Origin: Nitrospinota bacterium
GTDB lineage: Bacteria; Nitrospinota; Nitrospinia; Nitrospinales; JACRGP01
Assembly: GCA_016207065.1 (NCBI GenBank)
Contig: JACQQK010000074.1
Location: forward strand, 1 to 61,235
DNA length: 61,235 bases
Direction: 5' to 3'
The notes beneath the pieces were generated by a model. The model was given only the letters and a program-made list of their open reading frames with translations, did not search any database and had not been told where the DNA came from. The position numbers were made by a program, and so were the translations under genes. Shown piece by piece: positions 19,164 to 28,870 of the stretch (the first letter of the stretch is position 1; the number at the start of each line of letters is the position of its first letter).

Positions 19164-20654
19164 ATGAAGATACAGTCTCTTTCAAACAATAAAAAACGCG
19201 TGGACCCGCGGGAAGGCATGCGCGTCCCCATTGTGTTGAACGTGAGCGATTCCATAATGCCCTGCGCGAAGACCCTCGAGCGCCTGGCCGCCATCGCCTC
19301 CCACGACTCCGTCTGCTCGCACGTGGCGGCGCTTTCGGATATCCATTACAAACCCAGGAACGAATGCCCGACCGGGACCGCCATTGTCACCGAAGACAAG
19401 ATCGTTCCGCAGTTCATCGACGCCGGTTTGAACTGCGGCATGCGGATGATCAAAACGCCGCTTTTCGATCGCGATCTGCCGGATTCCGCCGTCACGGCGT
19501 TATTCCGAAAAATGCAGGAACGCATCCCCATAACGGCGAAGAACAACGTAAAACTTTCCCACGAGGAGTTTTTTGAGATCGCCAGGAAAGGCGCCCCGTA
19601 TATCATCGAAAAACACGGGCTGGATCCGGAAGAGGCCGCTTTCATCGAGTTTGGCGGCAATATGTTCGCGGACGAGAAAGTCGACGACGAGGACATCCGC
19701 GAGTGCATCCCCGATACTTTCAGGAACATGTCGCTCGCCCGGTTCGGAACCCTGGGAAAGGGCAACCACTTCATCGAGTTGCAGAAAATAGAGGATATTG
19801 TGGACGACGAGATCGCCCGCATCCTCGGAGTCGAAAAGAACCAGATCGTGGTATTGATGCATACGGGTTCCTCGGCCTTGGGAAATCTGGCCAGCAACTT
19901 TTACGCACCCAGGAAAATGCCCCCACATCGCGCCCTGTTCATGTTCCTGGAGCGGTTGCGGTTTTACGGTTTGTCGTTCTCCGTTTTTGGCGCGGAAATC
20001 GACCGGCTGTTCCGCGTGCTGACGAACCGCCAGGGTTTCCAAGCTCTAGATGAAGACTCGAAAGACGCCGTTCTATTCCTGCGGGCGATGAAGGCCGCGC
20101 ACAACTTCGGCTATGCGTCGAGGACCCGCATCATGGAATTGATACGGAAAAGCTTCGCGGAAACCCTGGGCAAGCCCGATTTCCGGATGTCGTTGCTTTA
20201 CGACATGTCGCATGTCTCCATATTCCGCGAGGAACATTTCGGGAAAAAAGTATGGGTGCACCGGCACGGCGCCACGCGCGCATTTCCGTCCAACCGGGTC
20301 AACGGCCACCCCGTTTTCGGCAAAACCGGCGAGCCGGTCTTCGTTCCCGGTTCCATGGGCGACCCGACTTACCTGGGCGTCGGGCATCCGGAAAACTTCG
20401 ACACCTATTTTTCCTCCAGCCACGGCGCGGGCGTCGCCGACAGCGGCGGCAAACCCCTGGCCTCCGACAAGGAAACCCTGACCCGGAAAATGCACCAGAG
20501 AAAAGTCCAACTCTTTAAAAACGGAACCGAAAACCTCAGCAAGATCGACCCCGATCGTTTCAAAAATATCGAGATCGTCGTCAATGGCATGCGGGAAAAC
20601 AAGATCATCCGCCTTGTCGCCAAACTGTCGCCCATAGCCGTTATGAAGGGATGA
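19164..20654 (+). CDS. Divergent RtcB-family protein
   Basis: NCGMR, GTLGKGNHFIE, MHTGS, YDMSH, HRHGAT, VPGSMG, HGAG and a C-terminal PIAVMKG. Several canonical residues are altered. Confidence 0.9.
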   Translation: MKIQSLSNNKKRVDPREGMRVPIVLNVSDSIMPCAKTLERLAAIASHDSVCSHVAALSDIHYKPRNECPTGTAIVTEDKIVPQFIDAGLNCGMRMIKTPLFDRDLPDSAVTALFRKMQERIPITAKNNVKLSHEEFFEIARKGAPYIIEKHGLDPEEAAFIEFGGNMFADEKVDDEDIRECIPDTFRNMSLARFGTLGKGNHFIELQKIEDIVDDEIARILGVEKNQIVVLMHTGSSALGNLASNFYAPRKMPPHRALFMFLERLRFYGLSFSVFGAEIDRLFRVLTNRQGFQALDEDSKDAVLFLRAMKAAHNFGYASRTRIMELIRKSFAETLGKPDFRMSLLYDMSHVSIFREEHFGKKVWVHRHGATRAFPSNRVNGHPVFGKTGEPVFVPGSMGDPTYLGVGHPENFDTYFSSSHGAGVADSGGKPLASDKETLTRKMHQRKVQLFKNGTENLSKIDPDRFKNIEIVVNGMRENKIIRLVAKLSPIAVMKG

Positions 20655-20729
20655 GCTTTCCTCCGCCGACCCGTTTCCGTTCCGGCTGGAGGAAAGCGGA
20701 AACCCGGCTCCAATGAAACCGGCACCAGA

Positions 20730-22802
20730 ATGTTTGCTCTCGCCTTTCTTTGTCTATATACGATCGGGTTTTTGATTTCCCATCTTTGCCTGCCGCGCGT
20801 CGGCCCCCTCGAAAAAATCGGGCTTGGCTTTGGTCTGGGCATGGGAGTCGTCACCCTGCTGGTTTTTTTTCTTCTGCTATCGCATTCCCTTTCGTCCGTC
20901 AGCCTGGTTCTCTCCGAAATCGCCATTCTGGTTTTGCTTGGCCTTGCCTGCGCGAGGAAAAAACGCGGGTTGCCGCCGGGAGAGCGCCCCGGATTTTTTT
21001 TTGCGGCGGATGAAGAGGAAAACCGCGCCTCGATCCTGTTTTGTCTCGCCATCATAACATTTCTGGCATTGTCCGGTTTCGCTTTCTCTTCGGTCATACC
21101 CGTCATGGAAGCCGACGCGCTCAATTATTCCGTCTTTGGGCGCTCCGTAGCCATCGCCAACGACCTGGCGGGAATTACGGAGGGGCTTTACAAGGACCAC
21201 CGGCAACGCACCCCGCTCGTGCCGCTGACCTATGCGCTCGTCGAGTCCGTGAACGGCCCGTTGCCCAAAATCGCCCACCCACTTTTCTACCTTTCGTTTC
21301 TTCTAGTTTTTTTTGGCCGCGCGACCGGCCTGGGATTACGGACAGAGAAAGCCGTTCTTTTGACAACCCTGCTGGCAAGCGCGCCGCTTGTTTGGTGGCA
21401 TGGCGTCTTGTCGTTGAACAACCTGGCGACGGGTTACTACTTTTGCTCGGCGACGTTTTTCATGACCGCCGCTCTGTTCGAAAAGGAGGCGCCGCGCAAA
21501 TCGTACGCTTTGCTGAGCGGAGTTTTTTATGCGTTTGCCGTCTGGGCCAGGCTTGAGTTTTTGGCGTATTTTATCATTCCGTTGCTCGTCTTGATCCGGC
21601 ATTCCCTTAGAACGGACGACTTCCGACTGCCTTTTTATTTGTCGTTTCCGCCGCTGGCCCTGGGAGGGCTGTGGGCAATTTACGTGCATCTGTTTATAAA
21701 CGGGCAAAAATTCCCCCGGAAGGACTTGCTGGTCATCGCCGCGATAATCGCGATATTGTCGGCTTACGCCGCATTTTACGAGCGGCTCGTCGCGCGCGGG
21801 GACCCGGACCGAAGGGGCGGATGGAGCGGATATTTAAACGTTGCGGAGAATTTCTGCGGCAGAAACTTGATTGCCGCGGTTTCCGCCGCGCTGATTCCGA
21901 TCGTTGTCCTGGGGGAGTTTAAAGTTTTCGAGAACGTTTCCCCGGCGCTCAATTACTTTCTGGTTTCAGCAAGAGCGCGGATTTTTCAAACCCTGATGCA
22001 CCACGGTTATTGGATATTTACCAATACATTGCTGTTTGCCTTTTTATTCGGACTTTTTCCTCTCACGCGCGAGATGAAATATCTGTTTTTCATTCTCGCC
22101 TTGCTCGTGGCGTTTCACAATGCTCTTTATCTGGCCGTGGGACATAGCAAGGGCCATGAAATAAGCGGGATCGGGATCATCAAAGCCCATATTTTCAACG
22201 CGGGCCATTATGTCAACGGATCGTCCACCCGCGAACTCATCGCATTTTATCCGATCGTCATTTTCGCGGCGGCGTTGGGATGGAACGCTTTTTCGCGGGG
22301 GAACCCGGGCCATCAGGCCCGGTCTCGCGGGACCGCGGTTATTGTCAAGTCCGCGATAGCGCTCAACCTGACGGTTTTACTGTGCTTCTTCTGGATTCCC
22401 AGAGCCGTTTTTGTGGCAAAACACTTTGGCGAAAGCCAGAGGGAACTGTTGCTTTCCGAGGGGCCGAAGGACATCCCCAATTATTTCCAAACGGCAAACC
22501 AGTGGGCTTTCAGAGTAAAGGACCGGACGCCCGATAACGCGGTCATCGTCGCCCCCCTGGAGCATTCCATCGGACCGTTTTCCATGGCCAGTATTTTATT
22601 GCCGCGGAAAACGGCGTGGTTCCAGGAAAATACGCAACCGGACCCGTCGATTTATACACGGCATGGAGACCGACCGGTATATGCGATCACCGCGGGCGGG
22701 TGGTTTCCCCTTGCGCCCTACGAAACGCTGGAAACATTCAGGCACCAGGAATTCGAGGTGTCCCTGGTCAGAATCTTGAATACGCCCGCTACTACGCCTT
22801 GA
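20730..22802 (+). CDS. Polytopic membrane protein, ArnT/PMT (GT-C)-like
   Basis: Many TM helices, an early extracytoplasmic loop with an acidic residue (EADALNY) and a C-terminal soluble domain. Glycan-locus context. Confidence 0.55.
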   Translation: MFALAFLCLYTIGFLISHLCLPRVGPLEKIGLGFGLGMGVVTLLVFFLLLSHSLSSVSLVLSEIAILVLLGLACARKKRGLPPGERPGFFFAADEEENRASILFCLAIITFLALSGFAFSSVIPVMEADALNYSVFGRSVAIANDLAGITEGLYKDHRQRTPLVPLTYALVESVNGPLPKIAHPLFYLSFLLVFFGRATGLGLRTEKAVLLTTLLASAPLVWWHGVLSLNNLATGYYFCSATFFMTAALFEKEAPRKSYALLSGVFYAFAVWARLEFLAYFIIPLLVLIRHSLRTDDFRLPFYLSFPPLALGGLWAIYVHLFINGQKFPRKDLLVIAAIIAILSAYAAFYERLVARGDPDRRGGWSGYLNVAENFCGRNLIAAVSAALIPIVVLGEFKVFENVSPALNYFLVSARARIFQTLMHHGYWIFTNTLLFAFLFGLFPLTREMKYLFFILALLVAFHNALYLAVGHSKGHEISGIGIIKAHIFNAGHYVNGSSTRELIAFYPIVIFAAALGWNAFSRGNPGHQARSRGTAVIVKSAIALNLTVLLCFFWIPRAVFVAKHFGESQRELLLSEGPKDIPNYFQTANQWAFRVKDRTPDNAVIVAPLEHSIGPFSMASILLPRKTAWFQENTQPDPSIYTRHGDRPVYAITAGGWFPLAPYETLETFRHQEFEVSLVRILNTPATTP

Positions 22803-23796
22803 ACGCTTCCTCGGCTTCCCTTCGCAATTGGTTCTCCCGTCCGCTGTGGCGCGCCGAAAAATGGAACGGAAGTAGATTCTTCACCCCCGCCATTTTCGCC
22901 AGCGTTCCCGCCTGCCGGGAAGTGAGATGGCAACGCTCCCGACCGCGTTCCTCCTCCTCGGCAATGAACGGCGACTCGCAGTAAAAGACGTCGGCGTCCC
23001 GGACCAGATCGACGATCCTGCGGTTGTTCCGCTCGTTGAACACCGTGTCCACGACATAGGCGATCTTCTGCCCCGGCGAAATAATCACGAGGTCCTTCTT
23101 CAAATCCCCCAAACGGCGTTCCTCGAAAGCGTTTTGCGCGTTACCGTTCGCCGGAACGCGGACCGGCCAGTCGTCGGCCCTTTGCTCGTGGATGGAGCGC
23201 TTTAATTCGTTGAGCCAGGCGCCGGGGGCAAGACCCAAACTGTCCAGCCGATCCTTGCGGATATTGACATGGAACCTCTCCTTGAGGGCGAACCCCAGGC
23301 AGGGAACCCTGTGTTCCAAAATAGCCGTATGGATGGAGAACGCCGGCTCGTCCAGAAGGACGTTTTCCGCGAAAGGCTCCCGCCCCTCGCCGGTTTTCCT
23401 GAACTTGTCGAGCGCGCGAAACCGGGCGGTCAACAAATGGTCCTCGTGGACTTCCACCGCTTCAATGGTGACGGATTCGTTGTAATTGGCCACCAGGTTC
23501 CAGGTGAACCCGCGCAGTTTCCCCTCGACGTTGGCGATAAAATTCTCCGGCCCGTACATGCGGATGGTCTTCCCCCGCCCGAAGACGATCCGCAAAAACC
23601 GGTCGAAGCCGATGAAATGGTCGATATGCGTATGACTGACAAAGACGTGGGACACCTTCAAAAGGACGGCGTTGGGCACGGAGGACAGGTCCCCGAGGTC
23701 GAACAGGAGGGCCCTGCTCTCGTGCAGAAAATGGACCACGAGGCCGGGGTCGCCCAGGGGATCGTTGATCAATGCCGGATGAAAATGGGGTTTCAT
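22792..23796 (-). CDS. RNase Z-like metallo-beta-lactamase
   Basis: SHTHIDH (HxHxDH), LEHRVPCLGF, flexible-arm PG.WL, YVVDT, HLT and FHFS.R motifs. Confidence 0.88.
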   Translation of the reverse strand: MKPHFHPALINDPLGDPGLVVHFLHESRALLFDLGDLSSVPNAVLLKVSHVFVSHTHIDHFIGFDRFLRIVFGRGKTIRMYGPENFIANVEGKLRGFTWNLVANYNESVTIEAVEVHEDHLLTARFRALDKFRKTGEGREPFAENVLLDEPAFSIHTAILEHRVPCLGFALKERFHVNIRKDRLDSLGLAPGAWLNELKRSIHEQRADDWPVRVPANGNAQNAFEERRLGDLKKDLVIISPGQKIAYVVDTVFNERNNRRIVDLVRDADVFYCESPFIAEEEERGRERCHLTSRQAGTLAKMAGVKNLLPFHFSARHSGRENQLRREAEEAFKA

Positions 23797-23803
23797 GACT
23801 CGC

Positions 23804-24914
23804 TCATTCGGACGCCTTGGAGGCGTTCTTTAACAGATACGCTTCGATGAACATCTCCAGATCGCCATCCAGCACGGCGTCCACGTTTCCGGTTTCGACC
23901 TGGGTGCGGAGGTCTTTCGCCAGGCGATAGGGATGCAACACGTAGGAGCGGATCTGGCTCCCCCACTCGATCTTCTTCTTGGATTTTTCCAACGCCCGCA
24001 GTTCCTCGTCCTTCTTCTCCTGCTCAATCTCATAGAGACGGGCCCGCAAAACCTTCATGGCCGAGGCCTTGTTTTTATGCTGGGAACGTTCGTTCTGGCA
24101 TTGCACCACGATGCCCGTGGGGACGTGGGTGATGCGCACGGCGGAGTCGGTGGTGTTCACGCCCTGCCCGCCCGGTCCCGAAGAACGGTACACGTCGATC
24201 TTGAGGTCGGATTCGTTGATCGCCACCTCGATATCGTCCTGGATCTCGGGATAGACGAAGACGGAGGCGAACGAGGTGTGCCGCCGCTTGTTGGCGTCGA
24301 AAGGGGAAATGCGCACCAGGCGGTGCACTCCGATCTCGGCGCGCAAGTAACCGTAGGCGTAATCCCCGGCGAACGTCACGGTGGCGCTCTTGATGCCCGC
24401 CTCCTCGCCGTATTGCATGTCCAGGACCTCCGTCTTGTAGCCGTTGCGGTCGCCCCAGCGGGTATACATGCGGAGCAACATCATGGCCCAGTCCTGCGAC
24501 TCCGTTCCGCCCGCCCCCGAATTGATGGACAGGATGGCGTTGTTGAAATCGTTTTCCCCCGACAGCATGGCCTTGACCTCGGCCTGGGAGACCTTTTCCT
24601 CCAGCTTGGAAACGGCCGACTGGATTTCGGCGGCCATGGAATCGTCCTCTTCCTCCTCCGAGAGGGCGATCATGGCTTCGATGTCCTCTCCGGCCTTGTG
24701 GAGGTCTTTCCAAAGGCTCGCCACCCGCTGGGTTCCGGCGCGCTTCCGCAATAGTTTCTGGGCGGATTCGTTGTCGGCCCAAAAACCGGGAGCCGTCGCC
24801 TCCCGGTCCATGACTTCCAACTCTTTTACCTTTTTATCGACGTCAAAGATAACCTCGAAGCCGTTCGATCCTGTGGGACAAATCCTCGTAAGATTTCTTG
24901 AACTCGCCGATCAT
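23804..24914 (-). CDS. prfB: Peptide chain release factor 2 with programmed +1 frameshift
   Basis: SPF and GGQ motifs. Upstream 23-codon ORF (ATG 24914, MIGEF...LRGYL) ends in CTT-TGA-C at 24848-24842, and the +1 frame joins the long ORF. Confidence 0.97.
24842..24856 (-). promoter_or_regulatory. prfB autoregulatory frameshift site
   Basis: Minus strand reads GAGGT TAT CTT TGA C: an internal SD-like sequence followed by the slippery codon and UGA. Confidence 0.93.
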
Positions 24915-25207
24915 TTTGTATTCTCCGGATAAAAGTTGAAAGTCGTTTTTTCCAAAACCATTGTCTCCAAGAACCGGACCGAATGCAAGAAACTCCGTTC
25001 GTGAAGCGCCAGCGCCGGACAACCGCCCCTTCCCAGATTTTCCTATTTTTTTGTTAAAATATCCTCTAAAATGACCGATTAGTATTTATACATGGAGAAA
25101 ACCATCCGTCTCCAATGGAATCGATGGCCTCGCCCACCCTCCGACGGCAAGAAAAATTCTTACAATCCAAGAACGTCGGACATAGGGGATTCCCGTAACG
25201 ACTCAAA

Positions 25208-26389
25208 ATGAATCGACTCATTACGCCCGACCATCCTTCTTCGGTTTCCCCGCCTCGCGAACACCGGTCGATCGCCCCAAAACCGGGAACGGGGGCCTCG
25301 GTAAAAGATTTGCTTAAACGCTGGATAAAAAAACTGCCGTTTTTCTTCGAGATGGATTTCGTCCGCCGGAAGATCTACGACTCTCCCTTGTTCGATTTTA
25401 CGGTAAAACCCCTTGCCGAACGGCTCGAAACATGGCCTCGGGCCCTGGTGCTGGATATCACAAACCGGTGTAATGCCAAATGCTCCTGGTGCCCACAGCC
25501 CGGGTTGGAAGACCTCGGCGCCATGAAAATGCCCCTGTTCCATAAGATAATCGACGACTATGCCGTCCGGGGCGGAGCCATACGGTTCGGCACGTTTGGG
25601 GAACCGCTGATGGACAAGACGTTCGCCGAAAAAATCAGATACCTTAAAAAATATCCGTCGATAACCAAGGTGGAGGTCGTCACCAACGCTTTTTTCCTCA
25701 ATGAAAAAATCGCGCCCGTCCTGCTGGAGAACAACGTCGACGTGGAGATCAGCCTGGACGAGCTTGAGAAAGACACCTTCGAGGAAATAAAAAAAATGGA
25801 TTACGACGTGGTCCGGGCCAACATCCTCAATTTTTTGGAACTCAACGACAGGGCCGCCGACCCCGTGAAAGTGAACTTCCGGGTTAAATCCTCCCTTTCG
25901 CGGGAAGCCACCATGTCCCACGAACTGTACGCGAAGATCGTCTCGCACCGGTGCACGGTGGAACTTACCCCGATCGAGGAAGACAGCATCACCACCTGGG
26001 CGGGCCGCTTTGACAAGGAAAAGTTTTACGAAGAACACATGCATAGTTCCACCATTGTCAAGCCTCACAACAACAAACAGTACAACAAGGCCAGTCCCGC
26101 GCCGTGCAACCAGCCCTGGAAATGGATGGTCGTGTATTACGACGGCCGGGTGGTCCTCTGTTGCGTGGACATGTTTTCCAGCTCCGTGTTGGGGAACCTC
26201 CAGGAAAACTCCATCGCGGAAGTCTGGAACGGACCGGCGTTCGCCGGCCTGCGAAAAAAGATGGTCCGGAGAGAGCGTTTCGAAGTCCCCCTCTGCCAGA
26301 ACTGCGACCTCCATCTCGGCTGGCAAAACCTGAAGACTTATTACGACCCCCAGGGCAGGTTCCTGCCGAGCCGGAAATTCATCAGTTAA
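25208..26389 (+). CDS. Radical SAM protein with SPASM/twitch domain
   Basis: CNAKCSWC, FGEPL and C-terminal PCNQPW...LCCVD...CQNC. Confidence 0.92.
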   Translation: MNRLITPDHPSSVSPPREHRSIAPKPGTGASVKDLLKRWIKKLPFFFEMDFVRRKIYDSPLFDFTVKPLAERLETWPRALVLDITNRCNAKCSWCPQPGLEDLGAMKMPLFHKIIDDYAVRGGAIRFGTFGEPLMDKTFAEKIRYLKKYPSITKVEVVTNAFFLNEKIAPVLLENNVDVEISLDELEKDTFEEIKKMDYDVVRANILNFLELNDRAADPVKVNFRVKSSLSREATMSHELYAKIVSHRCTVELTPIEEDSITTWAGRFDKEKFYEEHMHSSTIVKPHNNKQYNKASPAPCNQPWKWMVVYYDGRVVLCCVDMFSSSVLGNLQENSIAEVWNGPAFAGLRKKMVRRERFEVPLCQNCDLHLGWQNLKTYYDPQGRFLPSRKFIS

Positions 26390-26391
26390 CG

Positions 26392-27171
26392 GTGATAAAA
26401 AGATTCCTGAGAAAAGCGCTTGCCGCGAGGCAAAATCGAGTCGTCGCCCGCTATCACGATTTCGTGAACTCCTTCTCCTCGTTGTCGCCGCAACTGGTCC
26501 CCGGCCTGCCCCCAGGAGAGAAGGTCGTGATTTTTTCGCCCCATTGCGACGACGAGTCCCTCGGATGCGGCGGGACCTTGTATAAACACCACCGTCAGGG
26601 GCATGCCATCGACGCCATATTCATGACGGACGGTTCGATGTGCGACTCGCAAAGCGAAATACGGGAGATCGTGGAGATCCGCAAGGAAGAGGCGCGTAAA
26701 GCGTCGGAAGTCCTGGGGATCGGCCGGTGTATCTTCCTGGACTATCCCGACCGCCGATTGAAAGCCACTCCACAAGCCATCGACCAGGTGACGGACCTAT
26801 TGCAAAAGTCCCGGCCCGATCTCGTTTATCTGCCGTTTTACCTGGATAACCACCCGGACCATATGGCAACCGCGATCATCTGCCTGGAGGCAATACGCCG
26901 GCGTCCGGTACGATCGGTTTTTTTTTACGAAATCTGGACGGCCATGATCCCCAACCATCTTGTCGATATCGGCGGCGCGATGGACAAGAAACTGGAGGCC
27001 ATCCGCGTTTACCGGTCCCAGAAAGGCATCGACGAGTTCGCGGAAAAAACAAGGTCTTTGAACCACTACCGGTCGCTTCTCTCCGGCGGCCGCTTCCAAT
27101 ACGCGGAGGCGCTCCTAAAAACGGAAGAGGCAGACTGGCAGAACATTCTCCGTCAATTGCATGCTCGCTAA
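26392..27171 (+). CDS. PIG-L family de-N-acetylase
   Basis: SPHCDDE..GCGG, MTDGS, HPDH and Y.SQ motifs. GTG 26392 is the likely start. Confidence 0.92.
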   Translation: MIKRFLRKALAARQNRVVARYHDFVNSFSSLSPQLVPGLPPGEKVVIFSPHCDDESLGCGGTLYKHHRQGHAIDAIFMTDGSMCDSQSEIREIVEIRKEEARKASEVLGIGRCIFLDYPDRRLKATPQAIDQVTDLLQKSRPDLVYLPFYLDNHPDHMATAIICLEAIRRRPVRSVFFYEIWTAMIPNHLVDIGGAMDKKLEAIRVYRSQKGIDEFAEKTRSLNHYRSLLSGGRFQYAEALLKTEEADWQNILRQLHAR

Positions 27172-27682
27172 AATTTTCCGATTATTCGGGATTCTGACGA
27201 GCGGCGCCGTATACAAAGAGCTGTGCCGCTGGGGACTGTACTACGTTTACGAACACGCCCTTCCCATGAAGCGTCTCAAGGTCGGAAGCTCCCCGGAAAT
27301 TCACCCGACGGTTTCCCTGCGGTTCGAGAAAAACATCGCGCTGGGGAACAACATTATTTTGGACATGAACTGCTGTCTCTGGGCCTCGGAACATTCCATG
27401 ATCACGATCGGCGACAATACCGGGATCGGTCCCGGGACCGTCGTCATCTCGTCCAACCATTCCTTCGCCAAGGGGAGGCCCGCGATCGAGCAACCCCTGA
27501 ACGAAAAGGACATCGCCATCGGCGACAATGTTTGGGTCGGGGCCAATTCCGTCATCCTGGCGGGCGCCAACATCGGCTCCGGCTCCGTCATCGGCGCCGG
27601 ATGCGTCATTTCGCGGACGATCCCCGCGGATTCGGTGGTGGTCTCCGGCAACAGGACCCTTTCCATCGTGAAGAAGAAATAA
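27161..27682 (+). CDS. Hexapeptide-repeat (left-handed beta-helix) acyltransferase
   Basis: IGDNTGIG, SNH and IGDNVWVGANSVILAGANIG repeats. Confidence 0.92.
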   Translation: MLAKIFRLFGILTSGAVYKELCRWGLYYVYEHALPMKRLKVGSSPEIHPTVSLRFEKNIALGNNIILDMNCCLWASEHSMITIGDNTGIGPGTVVISSNHSFAKGRPAIEQPLNEKDIAIGDNVWVGANSVILAGANIGSGSVIGAGCVISRTIPADSVVVSGNRTLSIVKKK

Positions 27683-27689
27683 CGGCGCC

Positions 27690-28112
27690 ATGCCCGAATT
27701 TGAAGCCATCCGGATTGGAGACGAGGCAAAAATCGCCCACACCGTGACCGAACAAGACGTGCGCGCGTTCGCCGACCTGACGGGAGACCATAATCCGCTC
27801 CACATGGACGGAAGTTTCGCCGCCCGGACCGTTTTTAAAAACCGGGTGGTCCATGGGATGTTCACCGCGTCCTTCATCGCGACGGTCATCGGCGTCCTGT
27901 TGCCCGGCCCGGGAGCGTTGATACACAGCCTGGAGTTCGACTTCAAAAAACCCGTCCGGATCGGTGATATAATCGAAGCCAAAGTGACCGTCGTCCAAAA
28001 AGTCGACGGCGCCCGGATGCTGGCGCTCCAAACCTCGGTCGCCAATCAGCATTCGCAGGTGGTTTTAAAGGGAACCGCCAAGGTCATGTGGGCCCAACCG
28101 GCCAGGGAGTAA
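27690..28112 (+). CDS. MaoC-family (hot-dog) dehydratase
   Basis: FADLTGDHNPLH, VHGM, PGPG and F.KPV.IGD motifs. Confidence 0.95.
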   Translation: MPEFEAIRIGDEAKIAHTVTEQDVRAFADLTGDHNPLHMDGSFAARTVFKNRVVHGMFTASFIATVIGVLLPGPGALIHSLEFDFKKPVRIGDIIEAKVTVVQKVDGARMLALQTSVANQHSQVVLKGTAKVMWAQPARE

Positions 28113-28113
28113 C

Positions 28114-28869
28114 TTGATGATCCATCTGGAAAATGAAATCGCCATCGTCACCGGCTCCAGCCGGGGCATCGGCGCCGATATCGCCAAAAGCCTTGCGGCC
28201 AACGGTTGCAAGGTCGCCGTGAACTACCGCCAAAGCGAGGACAAGGCCAATGCCGTGGTCGAGGAAATCCGGCGGGCGGGCGGGACCGCCGTTTCCGTCA
28301 AGGCGGACGTGACCGACAAGGACCAGGTCAACCGCATGGCGGAAACCGTCGCTGGACAATTCGGCCATCCCACCATCCTTGTCAACAACGCCTCCTCGTC
28401 CATGATCGCCAAAAAAATAGCCAAAACCGAATGGGGCGAATTCGAGTCCTGCTTCGCCATGGCGGTCAAATCCGCGTTCAACTGTTGCGGCGCGGTAACG
28501 CCGCAAATGATGAAAAACCGGCGCGGCAAAATCGTCAACATCGTCACCCAGTACTCGATGGGGGCGCCGCCCATCGCCATGGCCACTTACGTCACCGCCA
28601 AGCACGCCCTTGTGGGGTTCTCCAAATCCCTGGCGGTGGAATTGGCCCCGTTTGGAATCCAGGTGAACATGGTTTCCCCCGGTTTCACCGAAACCGAGCT
28701 GGTCGGCCATGTCCCGGAAAGTTTCAGGCAATCGATCGCCGGACAGACTCCGCTTAAAAGGAACGCCCTTGCCTCGGACACGTCCAATGCCGTTTTATAT
28801 CTTGTTTCCGGGCTCTCCAATTTCGTCACCGGGATTAATTTGCCGGTATGCGGCGGCAACGTAATGTAA
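28114..28869 (+). CDS. SDR oxidoreductase (FabG-like)
   Basis: TGSSRGIG, VNNA, YVTAK and VNMVSPG motifs. Confidence 0.95.
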   Translation: MMIHLENEIAIVTGSSRGIGADIAKSLAANGCKVAVNYRQSEDKANAVVEEIRRAGGTAVSVKADVTDKDQVNRMAETVAGQFGHPTILVNNASSSMIAKKIAKTEWGEFESCFAMAVKSAFNCCGAVTPQMMKNRRGKIVNIVTQYSMGAPPIAMATYVTAKHALVGFSKSLAVELAPFGIQVNMVSPGFTETELVGHVPESFRQSIAGQTPLKRNALASDTSNAVLYLVSGLSNFVTGINLPVCGGNVM

Positions 28870-28870
28870 A

